64,000 nucleotides of DNA from Gaiellales bacterium. GTDB taxonomy: Bacteria; Actinomycetota; Thermoleophilia; Gaiellales; JAICJC01. How positions within the stretch are numbered: the first letter of the stretch is position 1; every line of letters begins with the position of its first letter. The notes beneath the pieces are model-generated. The model had not been told where the DNA came from. It saw only the letters and a list, made by a program, of their open reading frames with translations, and did no database searches. Both the position numbers and the translations under genes were made by a program. The DNA lies in assembly GCA_035695105.1 (NCBI GenBank), contig DASSEV010000016.1:24345-88344 (forward strand). The letters are read 5' to 3'. Positions 9,750 through 19,300 of this stretch are shown piece by piece.

Positions 9750-10322
9750 ATGGCTGACGACCTGGTGCACGACCGCGACGCCGCCTGGGCCCTCCTGACG
9801 GAGTGGACGCAGAGCGAGGCGCTGCGCCGGCACGCGCTCGCCGTCGAGGCGTCGGTGCGCGCCTATGCGCGGAAGTTCGGCGAGGATGAGGATGCCTGGG
9901 GCAACGTCGCCCTGCTCCACGACTTCGACTACGAGCGGCACCCGACGCTCGACCGGCACCCGCAGGACGGCGCCCCCGTCCTCCGCGAGACGGGCTACCC
10001 GGAGTGGTTCATCCGCGCCATCCAGTCGCACGGCGAGCACACGGGCGTGACGCGGGAGACGCAGCTCGAGCACACGCTGTTCGCGTGCGATGAGGTCTCG
10101 GGGTTCGTCCACGCGTGCGGCCTGGTGCGCCCGGACGGCATCGCCACGCTCGAGGCGAAGTCCGTGCGCAAGAAGCTGAAGCAGCCGAGCTTCGCGAAGG
10201 GCGTGAACCGCGACGACGTCGTGAACGGCGCCGAGGAGCTCGGGGTCGACCTCGACGAGCACATCACCTTCGTGATCGAGGCGCTGCGCCCGATCGCGCC
10301 CGAGCTGGGCCTTCGCGGCTAG
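9750..10322 (+). CDS. HD-domain (HDIG-like) metal-dependent phosphohydrolase
   Basis: 190 aa with the H...HD signature (LRRHALAVE...ALLHDFDYE), then QSHGEH, then a C-terminal helical region. Confidence 0.75.
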   Translation: MADDLVHDRDAAWALLTEWTQSEALRRHALAVEASVRAYARKFGEDEDAWGNVALLHDFDYERHPTLDRHPQDGAPVLRETGYPEWFIRAIQSHGEHTGVTRETQLEHTLFACDEVSGFVHACGLVRPDGIATLEAKSVRKKLKQPSFAKGVNRDDVVNGAEELGVDLDEHITFVIEALRPIAPELGLRG

Positions 10323-11428
10323 CTCGAGGCGGTCAGGGCCTCCGCCAGCCGGTCGACCTCCTCATCCGTCGTCCACGCACCCACCGAGACCCGCAGGTAG
10401 GGCGTGCCCGGGATGTAGCGGATCAGGATCCCCTCCCGGCCGAGCCGGCCGACCAGCCCCGCGGTGTCATCCTCGCCGTCCACCGTCAGCGCGATCAGCG
10501 GGCCGCCGCTGTCGCCCTGGTCGGCAACGTTCACTCCTGGCTGCGCCGCAAGGCGCTCCCGCGCCCGCGCCGCGTTCGCCGCCGTGCGCTCGGTCCAGCC
10601 TGCCCGACCGCCTTCGAGCGACTCGACCCACTCGATCGCGGCGGCGATGCCGGCGAGCACCGGCGTGTCGAATGACCCGGCGTCCCAGCGGGCGGCATCC
10701 GGCCGGAACGCGCCGATCTTGCCCTCCGTCAGGTTCCAGAACGTCGACTGCGCCGTCCACAGCCGGTCGTTCCAGTCGGGCGACACCCACAGGCCGCCGG
10801 TGCCCTGCGGCCCCAGCAGCCACTTCTGGCCGGAGAACGCGTAGAAGTCGGCACCGGTCGCGGGTGCATCCACCCCGATCGCCCCCACCGACTGGGCGCC
10901 GTCGAGCAGCAGCGATGCGCCGGCCGCGTGGGCCGCCGCCGCCAGCCGCGCAGCGTCCAGGCGCCGCCCGGTCGTCCACAGCACATGGGACACGGCGACC
11001 ATCCGCGTGCGCTCGCTGATCGCGTCCTCGAGGTCGTCAGCAGGCACCTGCTTCACGTCCACCCCATAGCGGCTGGAGATGACGTCGAGCGGGCTGAGGA
11101 TGCCCTGGTGCTCCTCGGTAGTGGTGATCACCTCGTCGCCGGGATTCCAGTCGAGGCCGCCGATGACGATGCCGACCCCGTTCGAGGTCGACACCGTCAC
11201 GGCGACCTGCTCGGGCGGGGCGTTGACGGTTCGCGCGAGCGCCTCGCGAGCACGCGTCCGCAGCTCCCAGACGTGCTCGTACACCGCCATGCCGATGCGC
11301 GGCCGGCGCACCGCGAGGTCGAGCTCCTCGCGCATCGCCTGCTCGGCGGCGAGCGGCATCGGGCCGTTCGTGCCGGCGTTGAGGTAGGTGACGCCCTCGA
11401 GCGAGGGCAGCTGGTCGCGGATCGTCAT
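10319..11428 (-). CDS. Class V aminotransferase (cysteine desulfurase / isopenicillin-N-epimerase-like)
   Basis: The real protein starts MTIRDQLPSLEGVTYLNAGTNGPMP. It contains AVSHVLWTTG, DGAQSVG and FYAFSGQKWLLGPQGTGGL, where the PLP Lys lies in SGQKW. The ATG at 11428 overlaps the upstream TGA (ATGA). Confidence 0.82.
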   Translation of the reverse strand: MTIRDQLPSLEGVTYLNAGTNGPMPLAAEQAMREELDLAVRRPRIGMAVYEHVWELRTRAREALARTVNAPPEQVAVTVSTSNGVGIVIGGLDWNPGDEVITTTEEHQGILSPLDVISSRYGVDVKQVPADDLEDAISERTRMVAVSHVLWTTGRRLDAARLAAAAHAAGASLLLDGAQSVGAIGVDAPATGADFYAFSGQKWLLGPQGTGGLWVSPDWNDRLWTAQSTFWNLTEGKIGAFRPDAARWDAGSFDTPVLAGIAAAIEWVESLEGGRAGWTERTAANAARARERLAAQPGVNVADQGDSGGPLIALTVDGEDDTAGLVGRLGREGILIRYIPGTPYLRVSVGAWTTDEEVDRLAEALTASS

Positions 11429-12234
11429 AGCAGCACCACCGAGTCGATCGGGTCGTGGTCGGACAGCCGGACGGGCATCCCGCCGGGCATGGCGAGATCG
11501 CGCCGCTCCGGCGGCCAGGGCGTCGGGCGGGTCTCCTCCCTCATACCCCGCACCAGGATGTGGTCGATGCGCTTGCCGAGCTCCTCGGGATCCTCGAACC
11601 ATCCGCGCGCGGAGAGCGATCGCATGCCCGGGGAGCGGGCCGTCGCGTTGAGGTCGCCCGCGAGCACCATCGGCGCCCCCCGCGCGAACTGCTCGAGCAC
11701 CCAGCCGGCGCGCTCCAGCTGCTGCTGGTTGTCGCTGGTGCCGGCGTGCAGGTTGGCGAGCACGAACTCACGGCCGGTGCGGCGGTGGCGCAGGCGCACC
11801 AGCTGGGCGATCCGCGGCTCGCCGCGGAAGCGCTGATGCCGGTTGATCTGCACGCGGCGGGCGGAGACGAGCAGGAGGTCGGGGCCGTAGAGGACGGCGT
11901 TCGCCTGCCCCTCGACCTGGGTGCGCACGAGGTCAGGCAGGGCGCGGCCCACGGCCGCACCGACCGCGAGCGGCAGCGGGACGTGCAAGAACGGCACGTG
12001 GGCGCCGTAGGCAGGAGCGAGGGTGATGCCCATCCCGGTCGCCTCCCGCAGCAGCGAGCCTGCCCAGACCGGCGCCTCCTGGAGCAGGATCACGCTGGGT
12101 GCGTCCTCGACCATCAGCGCGGCCATCTCGCCGAGCAGCTTGCGGCGCACGTGCGCGTGCTGGCGGTCCGGCGGGACGTCCCTCCCGTGCGCGATGTTCC
12201 AGGTGCGGATGAGAAGGCGGACGGGCTCGCTCAC
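11425..12234 (-). CDS. Endonuclease/exonuclease/phosphatase (EEP) family protein
   Basis: 269 aa with RTWNIAHG, ILLQEA, ANLHAG, GDLNA and a C-terminal LSDHDP, the EEP catalytic signature. Confidence 0.75.
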   Translation of the reverse strand: MSEPVRLLIRTWNIAHGRDVPPDRQHAHVRRKLLGEMAALMVEDAPSVILLQEAPVWAGSLLREATGMGITLAPAYGAHVPFLHVPLPLAVGAAVGRALPDLVRTQVEGQANAVLYGPDLLLVSARRVQINRHQRFRGEPRIAQLVRLRHRRTGREFVLANLHAGTSDNQQQLERAGWVLEQFARGAPMVLAGDLNATARSPGMRSLSARGWFEDPEELGKRIDHILVRGMREETRPTPWPPERRDLAMPGGMPVRLSDHDPIDSVVLL

Positions 12235-12287
12235 AGCGGCGATGGTACCGGCCTCTCCGCATACGAAGAGCCGGATACGATTCCGGC

Positions 12288-12638
12288 ATGCGGCTTCCGG
12301 GGAGAGCCCGATTCGGCGATGTCATCTCGCGCCAGCTGGCGATGTTCATGGCGGACCAGCACGATCTGCTGCTCGCCGTCGAGCAGGCGCGCGTCTCCTA
12401 CACCCACGCAAGGGCCGGGGACGCGGAGGAGCTGTACGGGGACTACATGGATCTCGTCGAGCAGGCCGAGGAGGAGCTGCTGGCGCTTCGCGACCGCTAT
12501 GCCGAGACGATGGCGGCACGTGACCGCTCCCGGTACGAGCGCGAGTTCTCCAAGGCGGCAGAGCGGCAGCTGCCCTCGCTGGCGGTCCGGCGCGCCTACC
12601 AGCGCGCGATGGATCCGGATCTCGACTTCGACGAGTGA
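12288..12638 (+). CDS. Hypothetical helical protein (116 aa or shorter)
   Basis: Acidic, coiled-coil-like sequence (DLVEQAEEELLALRDRYAETMAARDRSRYEREF). Its stop overlaps the dedA GTG start (GTGA). The start codon is uncertain. Confidence 0.45.
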   Translation: MRLPGRARFGDVISRQLAMFMADQHDLLLAVEQARVSYTHARAGDAEELYGDYMDLVEQAEEELLALRDRYAETMAARDRSRYEREFSKAAERQLPSLAVRRAYQRAMDPDLDFDE

Positions 12639-13216
12639 GCGGCCTCGTCGACTGGGTCACCAGTCACGGGTACCTGCTCATCTTCGTCACCGTCACCCTC
12701 GAGCTGCTGGGCATCCCGTTCCCGGCCGAGACGATCCTGATCACGGCGGGCGCCGCGGCGTCGGCCGGCAAGCTGAGCCTGCCGGCGGTGATGGCCGTGG
12801 CTGCCGTCGCGGCGGTGCTGGGTGCGACCGGCGGCTACTGGATCGGCCGGATCGGCGGCCGACCGCTGCTGAACAGTCTGGTGGAGCGCGGATGGCCGAA
12901 GCAGCAGCAGGTGCTGCGCGTGGAGCAGTTTTTCGAGCGGCACGGCGGCAAGTCACTCGTAGGCGCCCGGTTCATCCCGTTCATTCGCGTGTTCGCGCCC
13001 TGGATGGCGGGCGCCGCGCACATGCCGGTGCGGCGGTTCCTGCTCTGGAACGTTGCCGGCGGCGTGGCCTGGGTGGTGCTGGTGGCGGGCGCCGGGTTCG
13101 TGTTCGGGAAGTCGGTGATCGCGGCCGCGCACACGCTGGGCCTCTGGGGAGTCGCCGTGGTGATCGTGCTGGCCGTGGCCGCGCTCCTTGCGTACCGCGT
13201 CCGCGCTCACGGCTAG
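12635..13216 (+). CDS. dedA: DedA/SNARE-associated family membrane protein
   Basis: 193 aa: HGYLLIFVTVTLELLGIPFPAETILITAG...GKSLVGARFIPFIRVFAPWMAG, the typical DedA core. Confidence 0.85.
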   Translation: MSGLVDWVTSHGYLLIFVTVTLELLGIPFPAETILITAGAAASAGKLSLPAVMAVAAVAAVLGATGGYWIGRIGGRPLLNSLVERGWPKQQQVLRVEQFFERHGGKSLVGARFIPFIRVFAPWMAGAAHMPVRRFLLWNVAGGVAWVVLVAGAGFVFGKSVIAAAHTLGLWGVAVVIVLAVAALLAYRVRAHG

Positions 13217-13227
13217 GCTCGCCTCTC

Positions 13228-13404
13228 ATGCCCCGCAAGCCGAAGCAGCTCCGTTGCCATTCCTGTCACCGCCGCGCGCTGCGCTGGCTGGAGACGCGCG
13301 AGCGGTACATGTGCGACAACTGCGGGAAGGTGTTCGACCTGGCGGTCGTTGAGCGTCACAACCCCGGACAGGTCGACCGCCAGACACAGCTCCCGATCAC
13401 TTGA
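13228..13404 (+). CDS. Small zinc-ribbon protein (58 aa), hypothetical
   Basis: MPRKPKQLRCHSCHRRALRWLETRERYMCDNCGKVF has two CxxC pairs. GC-rich third codon positions suggest it is coding. There is no obvious Shine-Dalgarno. It forms the tail of a 649-aa track ORF that is otherwise nonsense. Confidence 0.4.
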   Translation: MPRKPKQLRCHSCHRRALRWLETRERYMCDNCGKVFDLAVVERHNPGQVDRQTQLPIT

Positions 13405-13430
13405 CGATCGAACATACGTTCGCCTATGCT
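13401..13430 (+). promoter_or_regulatory. SOS promoter of imuB: TTGACG (-35), an 18-nt spacer containing the LexA box TCGAACATACGTTCG (13408..13422), then TATGCT (-10)
   Basis: The box is a perfect palindromic Gram-positive/actinobacterial LexA (Cheo-type) box, GAAC-N4-GTTC with TCG/CGA flanks, sitting exactly between the -35-like and -10-like hexamers. ATG 13441 follows the -10 by 10 nt. Confidence 0.75.
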
Positions 13431-13440
13431 GGCAGGTCCG

Positions 13441-14628
13441 ATGCCGGCACGCGCACGCATCCTGATCTGCGCTCTCGTCCCCCGCTTCGCGCTGCGAATC
13501 GCCATCGGCGGCGCGCTCGGCGACGAGCCCGCGGCGCTCGCCCCTGAGGCGGGCGGGCGGCCCGTGATCGGCGAGGTGAACGCTGCAGCAGCCGCATTCG
13601 GCGTGCGGCCGGGGATGCGAGCCGGCGAGGCGCTCGCACGCTGTCCGCGGATCAGGCTGGTGACGGCCGACCCGGGCGCGGTTGCGGATGCGGCCGAGGA
13701 GATGCTGGCCGGGCTGGAGGCGATCGGGGCGGCGGTCGAGCCGCTGGGGGCCGGGCGGGCGCTGTTTCGCGCCGACGGGCTGTTGCGTATGCACGGCGGG
13801 CTGGGGCGCCTGCTGCATGCGGCAGAGCAGCGCCTGCCCGGAGGAGGCAGGGTGGGTGCCGGGCCGGGCCGGTTCACGGCGCAGGCGGCTGCCGCCAAGG
13901 CCCGGCCCGGGCGCCCGCGGGTGATCGAGGCGGACGGGGCGGCGGGGTTCCTCGAGCGGATGGCGATCGGGCGCCTGGGGCTCGAGGAGCGGATGGTCGA
14001 CGAGCTGGAGGCGCTCGGCATCCGGACGGCGGGAGCGCTGGCGGCGCTGCCGCTGCCGGCGGTGGCCGACAGGTTCGGCCCGGACGGGATCGCGGGATGG
14101 CGGCTCGCGCGGGGCGAGGACGAGCACTACGTCGCGCCGCGGATGCCGCCGGAGCCGCTGCGCGAGTGGATCGACTTCGGCGATCCGGTGGGCGACGAGG
14201 CGACGCTGCACCAGGCGGTGGTGGTGTTGCTGGAGCGGCTGCTGGCGGCGCCTCGGCGGGCCGGCCGGCCGGTGCGGACGCTGACGCTGTCGGCCCGGCT
14301 GGCGGCGGGCGGGTCATGGCGGCGGCCGGTGCGGATGCGGGAGGCGACGGGCGAGGAGCGGCGGCTACGCGATGCGCTGCTGCCACACCTGGCCGAGCTG
14401 CCGGGAGCGGTCGAGCGGCTGGCGCTCGAGCTGGCCGAGCTGGGCGGCGAGGGCGGCCGGCAGGAGCTGCTGATGCGTCCGGCGCACGAGGTGCGCCGGG
14501 AGCGGGCGTCGGAGGCGGCCCGGCAGCTGCGCGCGGCAATGGGCGACGGGCACCTGCTGCGGGTGGTCGAGGTGGCGCCCTGGTCACGGCTGCCGGAGGG
14601 GCGGGAGCTGCTCGTGCCCTACGAATAG
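13441..14628 (+). CDS. imuB: ImuB, a Y-family-polymerase-like SOS mutagenesis protein
   Basis: Residues ILICALVPRFALR...GVRPGMRAGEALARCP...AVEPLGAGRALF...GAGPGRFTAQAAA...IGRLGL...LGIRTAGALAALP match the ImuB/DinB-like palm-thumb-little-finger layout. A LexA box lies upstream and dnaE2 is nearby. The track start at 13426 lies inside the -10 hexamer, so ATG 13441 is preferred. Confidence 0.8.
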   Translation: MPARARILICALVPRFALRIAIGGALGDEPAALAPEAGGRPVIGEVNAAAAAFGVRPGMRAGEALARCPRIRLVTADPGAVADAAEEMLAGLEAIGAAVEPLGAGRALFRADGLLRMHGGLGRLLHAAEQRLPGGGRVGAGPGRFTAQAAAAKARPGRPRVIEADGAAGFLERMAIGRLGLEERMVDELEALGIRTAGALAALPLPAVADRFGPDGIAGWRLARGEDEHYVAPRMPPEPLREWIDFGDPVGDEATLHQAVVVLLERLLAAPRRAGRPVRTLTLSARLAAGGSWRRPVRMREATGEERRLRDALLPHLAELPGAVERLALELAELGGEGGRQELLMRPAHEVRRERASEAARQLRAAMGDGHLLRVVEVAPWSRLPEGRELLVPYE

Positions 14629-14720
14629 CTCGGTGACGTCATGCTTGGGTCGCAGGTCGACCGTTTGCTGCCTCGACGGGCCGGGCACCCCATCCCGGAT
14701 ACCGACAACGGAGGCAGGGC

Positions 14721-15311
14721 ATGGCTGAGCAATCGCTTCAGGGCAAGACCATCGCCATCCTGGCGAGCGAGGGTGTGGAGCAGGTCGAGCTGACCGAGCC
14801 GCGCAAGGCGCTCGAGCAGGCCGGTGCGACGACCGAGCTGATCTCGATCCAGCAGGGCGAGATCCAGGCGCTGAACCACATCGACAAGGGCGACACCTTC
14901 CCGGTCGACCACACGGTCGACGAGGTGAACGCCGAGAGCTACGACGCGCTGATGCTGCCCGGCGGCGCGCTCAACCCGGACAACCTGCGCCAGAGCGAGC
15001 AGGCCGTCCGCTTCGTGCGCGAGTTCTACGACACGGGCAAGCCGATCGCGGCCATCTGCCACGCGCCGTGGCTGCTGGTTGAGGCGGACGTGGTGCGCGA
15101 CCTCACGATCACCTCGTGGCCGAGCCTGCAGACCGACGTCCGCAACGCCGGCGGCACCTGGGTCGACCAGGAGGTCGTCACCGACCAGGGGGTCGTCACG
15201 AGCCGCAAGCCGGACGACATCCCGGCCTTCTCGACGAAGATGGTCGAGGAGTTCCAGGAGGGCCGCCACGAGCGGTCGCAGAGCCTGGCCGGCCAATCCA
15301 CCGCGGGCTGA
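14721..15311 (+). CDS. DJ-1/PfpI family protein (intracellular protease / deglycase type)
   Basis: 196 aa: KTIAILASEGVEQVELTEP...YDALMLPGG...KPIAAICHAPWLL, with the nucleophile elbow C-H. GGAGG lies 8 nt upstream of the ATG. Confidence 0.87.
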   Translation: MAEQSLQGKTIAILASEGVEQVELTEPRKALEQAGATTELISIQQGEIQALNHIDKGDTFPVDHTVDEVNAESYDALMLPGGALNPDNLRQSEQAVRFVREFYDTGKPIAAICHAPWLLVEADVVRDLTITSWPSLQTDVRNAGGTWVDQEVVTDQGVVTSRKPDDIPAFSTKMVEEFQEGRHERSQSLAGQSTAG

Positions 15312-15317
15312 GCAATG

Positions 15318-15348
15318 GCGGGCGGCCGCCGCGCCGGCGGCCGCCCGC
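15318..15348. terminator. Bidirectional hairpin between the convergent pfpI and DHFR-like genes
   Basis: GCGGGCGGCCGCC-gcgcc-GGCGGCCGCCCGC forms a 13-bp perfect GC stem with a 5-nt loop. There is no U-tract, which is common in high-GC genomes. Confidence 0.6.
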
Positions 15349-15352
15349 TGGC

Positions 15353-15889
15353 TCACCGCTGCGCCGAGTAGGCGAGCAGAAGATACCCGGCCGGTGACGT
15401 GACGCTGCGGTCGAGCACCAGCCTGCGCTGAGCGCCCCCGTCGAACAGCCTGGTTCCCTGCCCTTGTAGCGCGGGCGCGACGACGAGGTGCAGCTCGTCG
15501 ACGAGATCCGCCGCGAGCAGCTGCTGGACGACCGAGATGCTCCCGTGCACGCCGATGTCGGCGCCAGGCTGCGCCTTCAGGTCGGTGACGAACGCCGCCA
15601 GGTCACCGTCGACCGCGGACGCGTTCGTCCACTCGTCCTCGAGCGGTCGGGACGTGACCACGTACTTGCGAACGCTGTTGATGAAGCTCGCAAACGGCTC
15701 GATGTCGCTCGACGGCCAGAAGCGCGCCCACTCGTCGAACATGCGACGGCCGAGGATGACGGCATCCTGCGAGCCGATCACGCTCGCCAGGTTCTCCTCC
15801 ATCGCATCGTCGAACTCGGTGACGAACACCTCCGGCGCCTCGGCAACGCCGTCGAGGGAGATCAGGGTGTAGACGGCCAGTTTTCGCAT
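15353..15889 (-). CDS. Dihydrofolate-reductase-like (RibD C-terminal domain) family protein
   Basis: 178 aa starting MRKLAVYTLISLDGV, followed by AVILGRRMFDEW and IGVHGSISVVQQLLAADLVDELHLVVAPALQG. AAGGAG precedes the ATG at 15889. The remainder of the 282-aa track ORF is an upstream artefact. Confidence 0.82.
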   Translation of the reverse strand: MRKLAVYTLISLDGVAEAPEVFVTEFDDAMEENLASVIGSQDAVILGRRMFDEWARFWPSSDIEPFASFINSVRKYVVTSRPLEDEWTNASAVDGDLAAFVTDLKAQPGADIGVHGSISVVQQLLAADLVDELHLVVAPALQGQGTRLFDGGAQRRLVLDRSVTSPAGYLLLAYSAQR

Positions 15890-16124
15890 CCGTTTGCTCC
15901 TTGGTGGTTCACGTCGAGACCGTCCGGCCGGTGGGAACTCATCGCCCTCCCCCGGTCGCAAAGCAGGCCGGCGGCGACCGTGACGGTATCGGCCAGGGTT
16001 GTTGCGGTTCCCCGGATGGTTGGCCGGCCTGCGGCCGGCCGGTCTCAAAGCAGGCCCGAAGCGTGGTGTGAGATCGACGCGAAATCGTGAGCGGCCGATG
16101 CAGTTCTGGGGTATGCTGGCGGGC

Positions 16125-16376
16125 ATGGATCGAACATATGTTCGCCGTCTTGGCCTCCCCCGCCCGGCGCGTGTCTCGACCGATTCGGCCGGCATGCCCA
16201 CCGCCGTCGCCGGCCGCCCTGTCGCCCACGTCCGCGACGAGTGGCGCGTCGAGGAGGGCTGGTGGACGCGCCGGCCGGTGCGCCGCGTCTACTACGACCT
16301 CGTGCTCGACGACGGCCGCAACGCCGTCGTCTTCTGCGACCGCCGCCAGGGCCGCTGGTACGCGCAGCGGGCATGA
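16125..16376 (+). CDS. Small protein (83 aa, or 60 aa from ATG 16194) resembling a detached ImuB C-terminal module; translationally coupled to dnaE2
   Basis: The C-terminal part reads VRDEWRVEEGWWTRRPVRRVYYDLVLDDGRNAVVFCDRRQGRWYAQRA. The stop overlaps the dnaE2 ATG (ATGA at 16373..16376). ATG 16125 lies 7 nt after the TATGCT -10, a leaderless geometry. The start is uncertain. Confidence 0.5.
   Translation: MDRTYVRRLGLPRPARVSTDSAGMPTAVAGRPVAHVRDEWRVEEGWWTRRPVRRVYYDLVLDDGRNAVVFCDRRQGRWYAQRA
16130..16144 (+). promoter_or_regulatory. LexA (SOS) box TCGAACATATGTTCG upstream of, or within the 5' end of, the dnaE2 module
   Basis: A second perfect palindromic box. It is preceded by TATGCTGGCGGG (16112..16123), nearly identical to the -10 region TATGCTGGCAGG of the imuB promoter. 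Confidence 0.75.
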
Positions 16377-19300
16377 TCGAGCTCCACGCCCACTCCTGCT
16401 TCTCGTTCCTCGACGGCGCCTCGCAGCCCCACGAGCTCGCCTTCCGCGCTGCCGAGCTCGGCCACACCGCGCTCGCGCTGACCGACCACGACAGCCTCTC
16501 CGGATCGCTCGAGTTCGCCCATGCCGCCCGTGACTGTGGCCTGCGGCCGATCACCGGCTGCGAGATCACGCTCGCAGGCGGCGCCCACCTAACGCTGCTG
16601 GCCGAGACGGCCCAGGGCTACCGCAACCTCTGCCGCCTGCTCTCGCTCGCATACGCCGACGACCGCCTCGCACCGTCGGTCACCCTCGACCAGCTCGCCG
16701 CTCACGCCGACGGGCTGCACTGCCTCTCCGGCTGCGCCCGCGACGGCCTCGTCGCCCGCGCCGTGGCCGAGGGCCGCGTCGCCGACGCAGCGGCGCACGC
16801 CCGCCGCCTGCGCGGCATCTTCGGCCGCGAGCGGTTCGCGATCGAGCTGCAGCGCCCCTACTGGCGCGGTGACGCCCGCCGCAACCGCCTGCTCTCCGAG
16901 CTGGCCGACGACCTGCGCCTGCGCACGGTCGCCACCGGCGACGTCCACGCCCACACCGCCCGCCGCGCCTACCTCCAGGACGCGCTGGTCGCGATCCGCC
17001 TGAACACCACCCTCGACGCCTGCGAGCGCGAGCGCCGCGGCAACCGCGAGGCGGTGCTGCGCGCGCCCGCCGAGCTGGCCGCCCGCTTCCCGGACGAGGC
17101 CGTCCGCGGCGCCGTCGAGGTGGGTGAGCGCTGCCGCTTCGACCTGACCAGCGACCTCGGCTACAGCTATCCCGACTTCGTCTCCGAGACCGGCGAGTCG
17201 GCCCAGCAGGCGCTGCGGCGGATCTGCAGCGACGAGCTCGAGCGCCGCTACGCGGGCAGCCCCACCGTCCACGAGGCACGGCGCCGGCTGGACGAGGAGC
17301 TGGCCTTGATCGACCACCACGGCCTCGCCGGCTTCTTCCTCCTGCACCGCGACATCCTCGAGCTGGCCCGCGACGTCGCCGTCCAGGTGCGCGGGCACAG
17401 CGCCGCCCGCCGGCTGCTCCCGCCCGGCCGCGGCCGCGGGTCGAGCGTCGGGTCGATCGTCTGCTATCTGATCGGCCTCTCTCACGTCGACCCGGTCGCC
17501 GCGCGGCTGTTCCTCGGCCGCTTCCTCGCGAAGGAGCTCGCGAGCGTCCCCGACATCGACCTCGACTTCCCCCGCGACATCCGCGAGGGGCTGATCCTCG
17601 AGATCCAGCGCCGCTACGGCGACGACCACGCCGCCCTCGTCGCAGCCTTCCCCACCTACCGCATCCGCGGCGCGATCCGCGACCTGGGCAAGGCGCTCGC
17701 CCTGCCGCAGGGGGAGATCGAGCGGATGGCCCGGATGACCGACGGCTGGGACAAGGGCGCCGAGTCGGCGCGCCTGCCCGAGCTCGACAGCCCGCGCTGG
17801 CGCGCCTTCCGCTTCCTGATGGACGAGATCATGGGACTGCCCCGCCACATCAGCCAGCACTCCGGCGGCATGGTCATCTCCTCCACCCCGCTGGTCGAGC
17901 TGGTGCCGGTGCTGCCGGCGGCGATGGAGGGACGGCGCATCTGCCAGTGGGACAAGGACTCGTGCGCCGACGCCGGGTTCCTCAAGATCGACCTGCTCGG
18001 CCTGGGCATGCTGTCGGCGGTCGAGGAGTGCGTCGACCTGATCGCGGCGACGGCCGCCGAGCCGGTCGACCTGTCACGCGTCGGCTTCGACGACCCGGAC
18101 GTGTACGCCGAGATCCAGGCCGGCGACACCGTCGGCGTGTTCCAGATCGAGAGCCGGGCGCAGATGCAGTCGATCGTGCGGACAAAGCCCGAGAGCCTCG
18201 ACGACCTGACCGTGCAGGTCGCCCTCGTCCGCCCCGGTCCGATCGTCGGCAAGGCGGTCAACCCCTACATCTCCCGGCGCAAGCACCTGCGGGAGGACCC
18301 GGACTACCGGATCGAGTTCGACCATCCGCTGCTCGAGGGGCCGCTCGGCGACACCCTGGGCGTGATCGTCTACCAGGACCAGGTGCTCGAGGTGGCGATC
18401 GCGCTGGCCGGGTTCACCACCGGCGAAGCGGAGTCGCTGCGCCGCGCCATGAGCCGCAAGCGCAGCCACGAGGCGCTGGCCGTGCACCGCGAGCGGTTCT
18501 GCGATGGCGCCGTCGCCAACGGCGTGCCCCGCGAGACGGTCGAGATGGTGTTCGAGAAGGTGCTCGGGTTCTCGGGCTTCGGCTTCCCCAAGTCGCACGC
18601 GGCCGCGTTCGCGATCCTCGCCTACCAATCCGCCTGGCTGCACCTGCACCACCCGGCCCCGTTTCTCTGCTCCCTGCTGAACGAGCAGCCGATGGGCTTC
18701 TACCCGCCGGCCACGCTGCTGCGAGACGGCGAGCGCCGCGGCGTTGCGGTGCTGCCGCCCGACATCAACCGCAGCCGGGCCAAGTGCACCCTCGAGGACG
18801 GCTCGGTGCGGATCGGCCTCGGCTACGTCAAGGGCGTGGGCAAGGCGGCGGAGGACGTCGTCGCCGAGCGTGAGCGGGGCGGCGCCTTCCGCGACGCCGG
18901 CGACCTGGTGCGCCGGGCACCGGTCGGCCGGGACGTGCTCGCGCAGCTGGTGCGCGCCGGGGCGCTCGAGCCGTTCTCGAGCGACCGCCGCCGGCTGCTG
19001 TGGGAGATCCGGCTGCACCGCGCCCCGGAGGCAGGCCAGCTCGCGCTCGCGCTCGATGCCTCCCCCGCCCCGCTGCTGCCCGTGCAGTCCGCGTGGGAGC
19101 GCATGGTCGCCGACCACGAGACCATGCGTCTGACCACCGGCCCCCACCCGATGGCGCTGCTCCGCCCGGCGCTGCCGGAGCGGATCCGCACGTCAGACGA
19201 TCTCCGCACCGACGAGAGCGGAACGACCGTCACCATCGCCGGCATTGTGGTCGCCCGCCAGCGGCCTGGGACGGCGCAGGGCATCGTCTTCCTGCTGCTC

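Noticed and set aside
16241-16372. N-terminal 44-aa extension of dnaE2 suggested by the track ORF (start 16241)
   Set aside because: The extension is Arg/Pro-rich nonsense (MARRGGLVDAPAGAPRLLRPRARRRPQRRR...). The PHP domain starts at MIELHAHS, and the ATG at 16373 is coupled to the upstream small ORF by ATGA.
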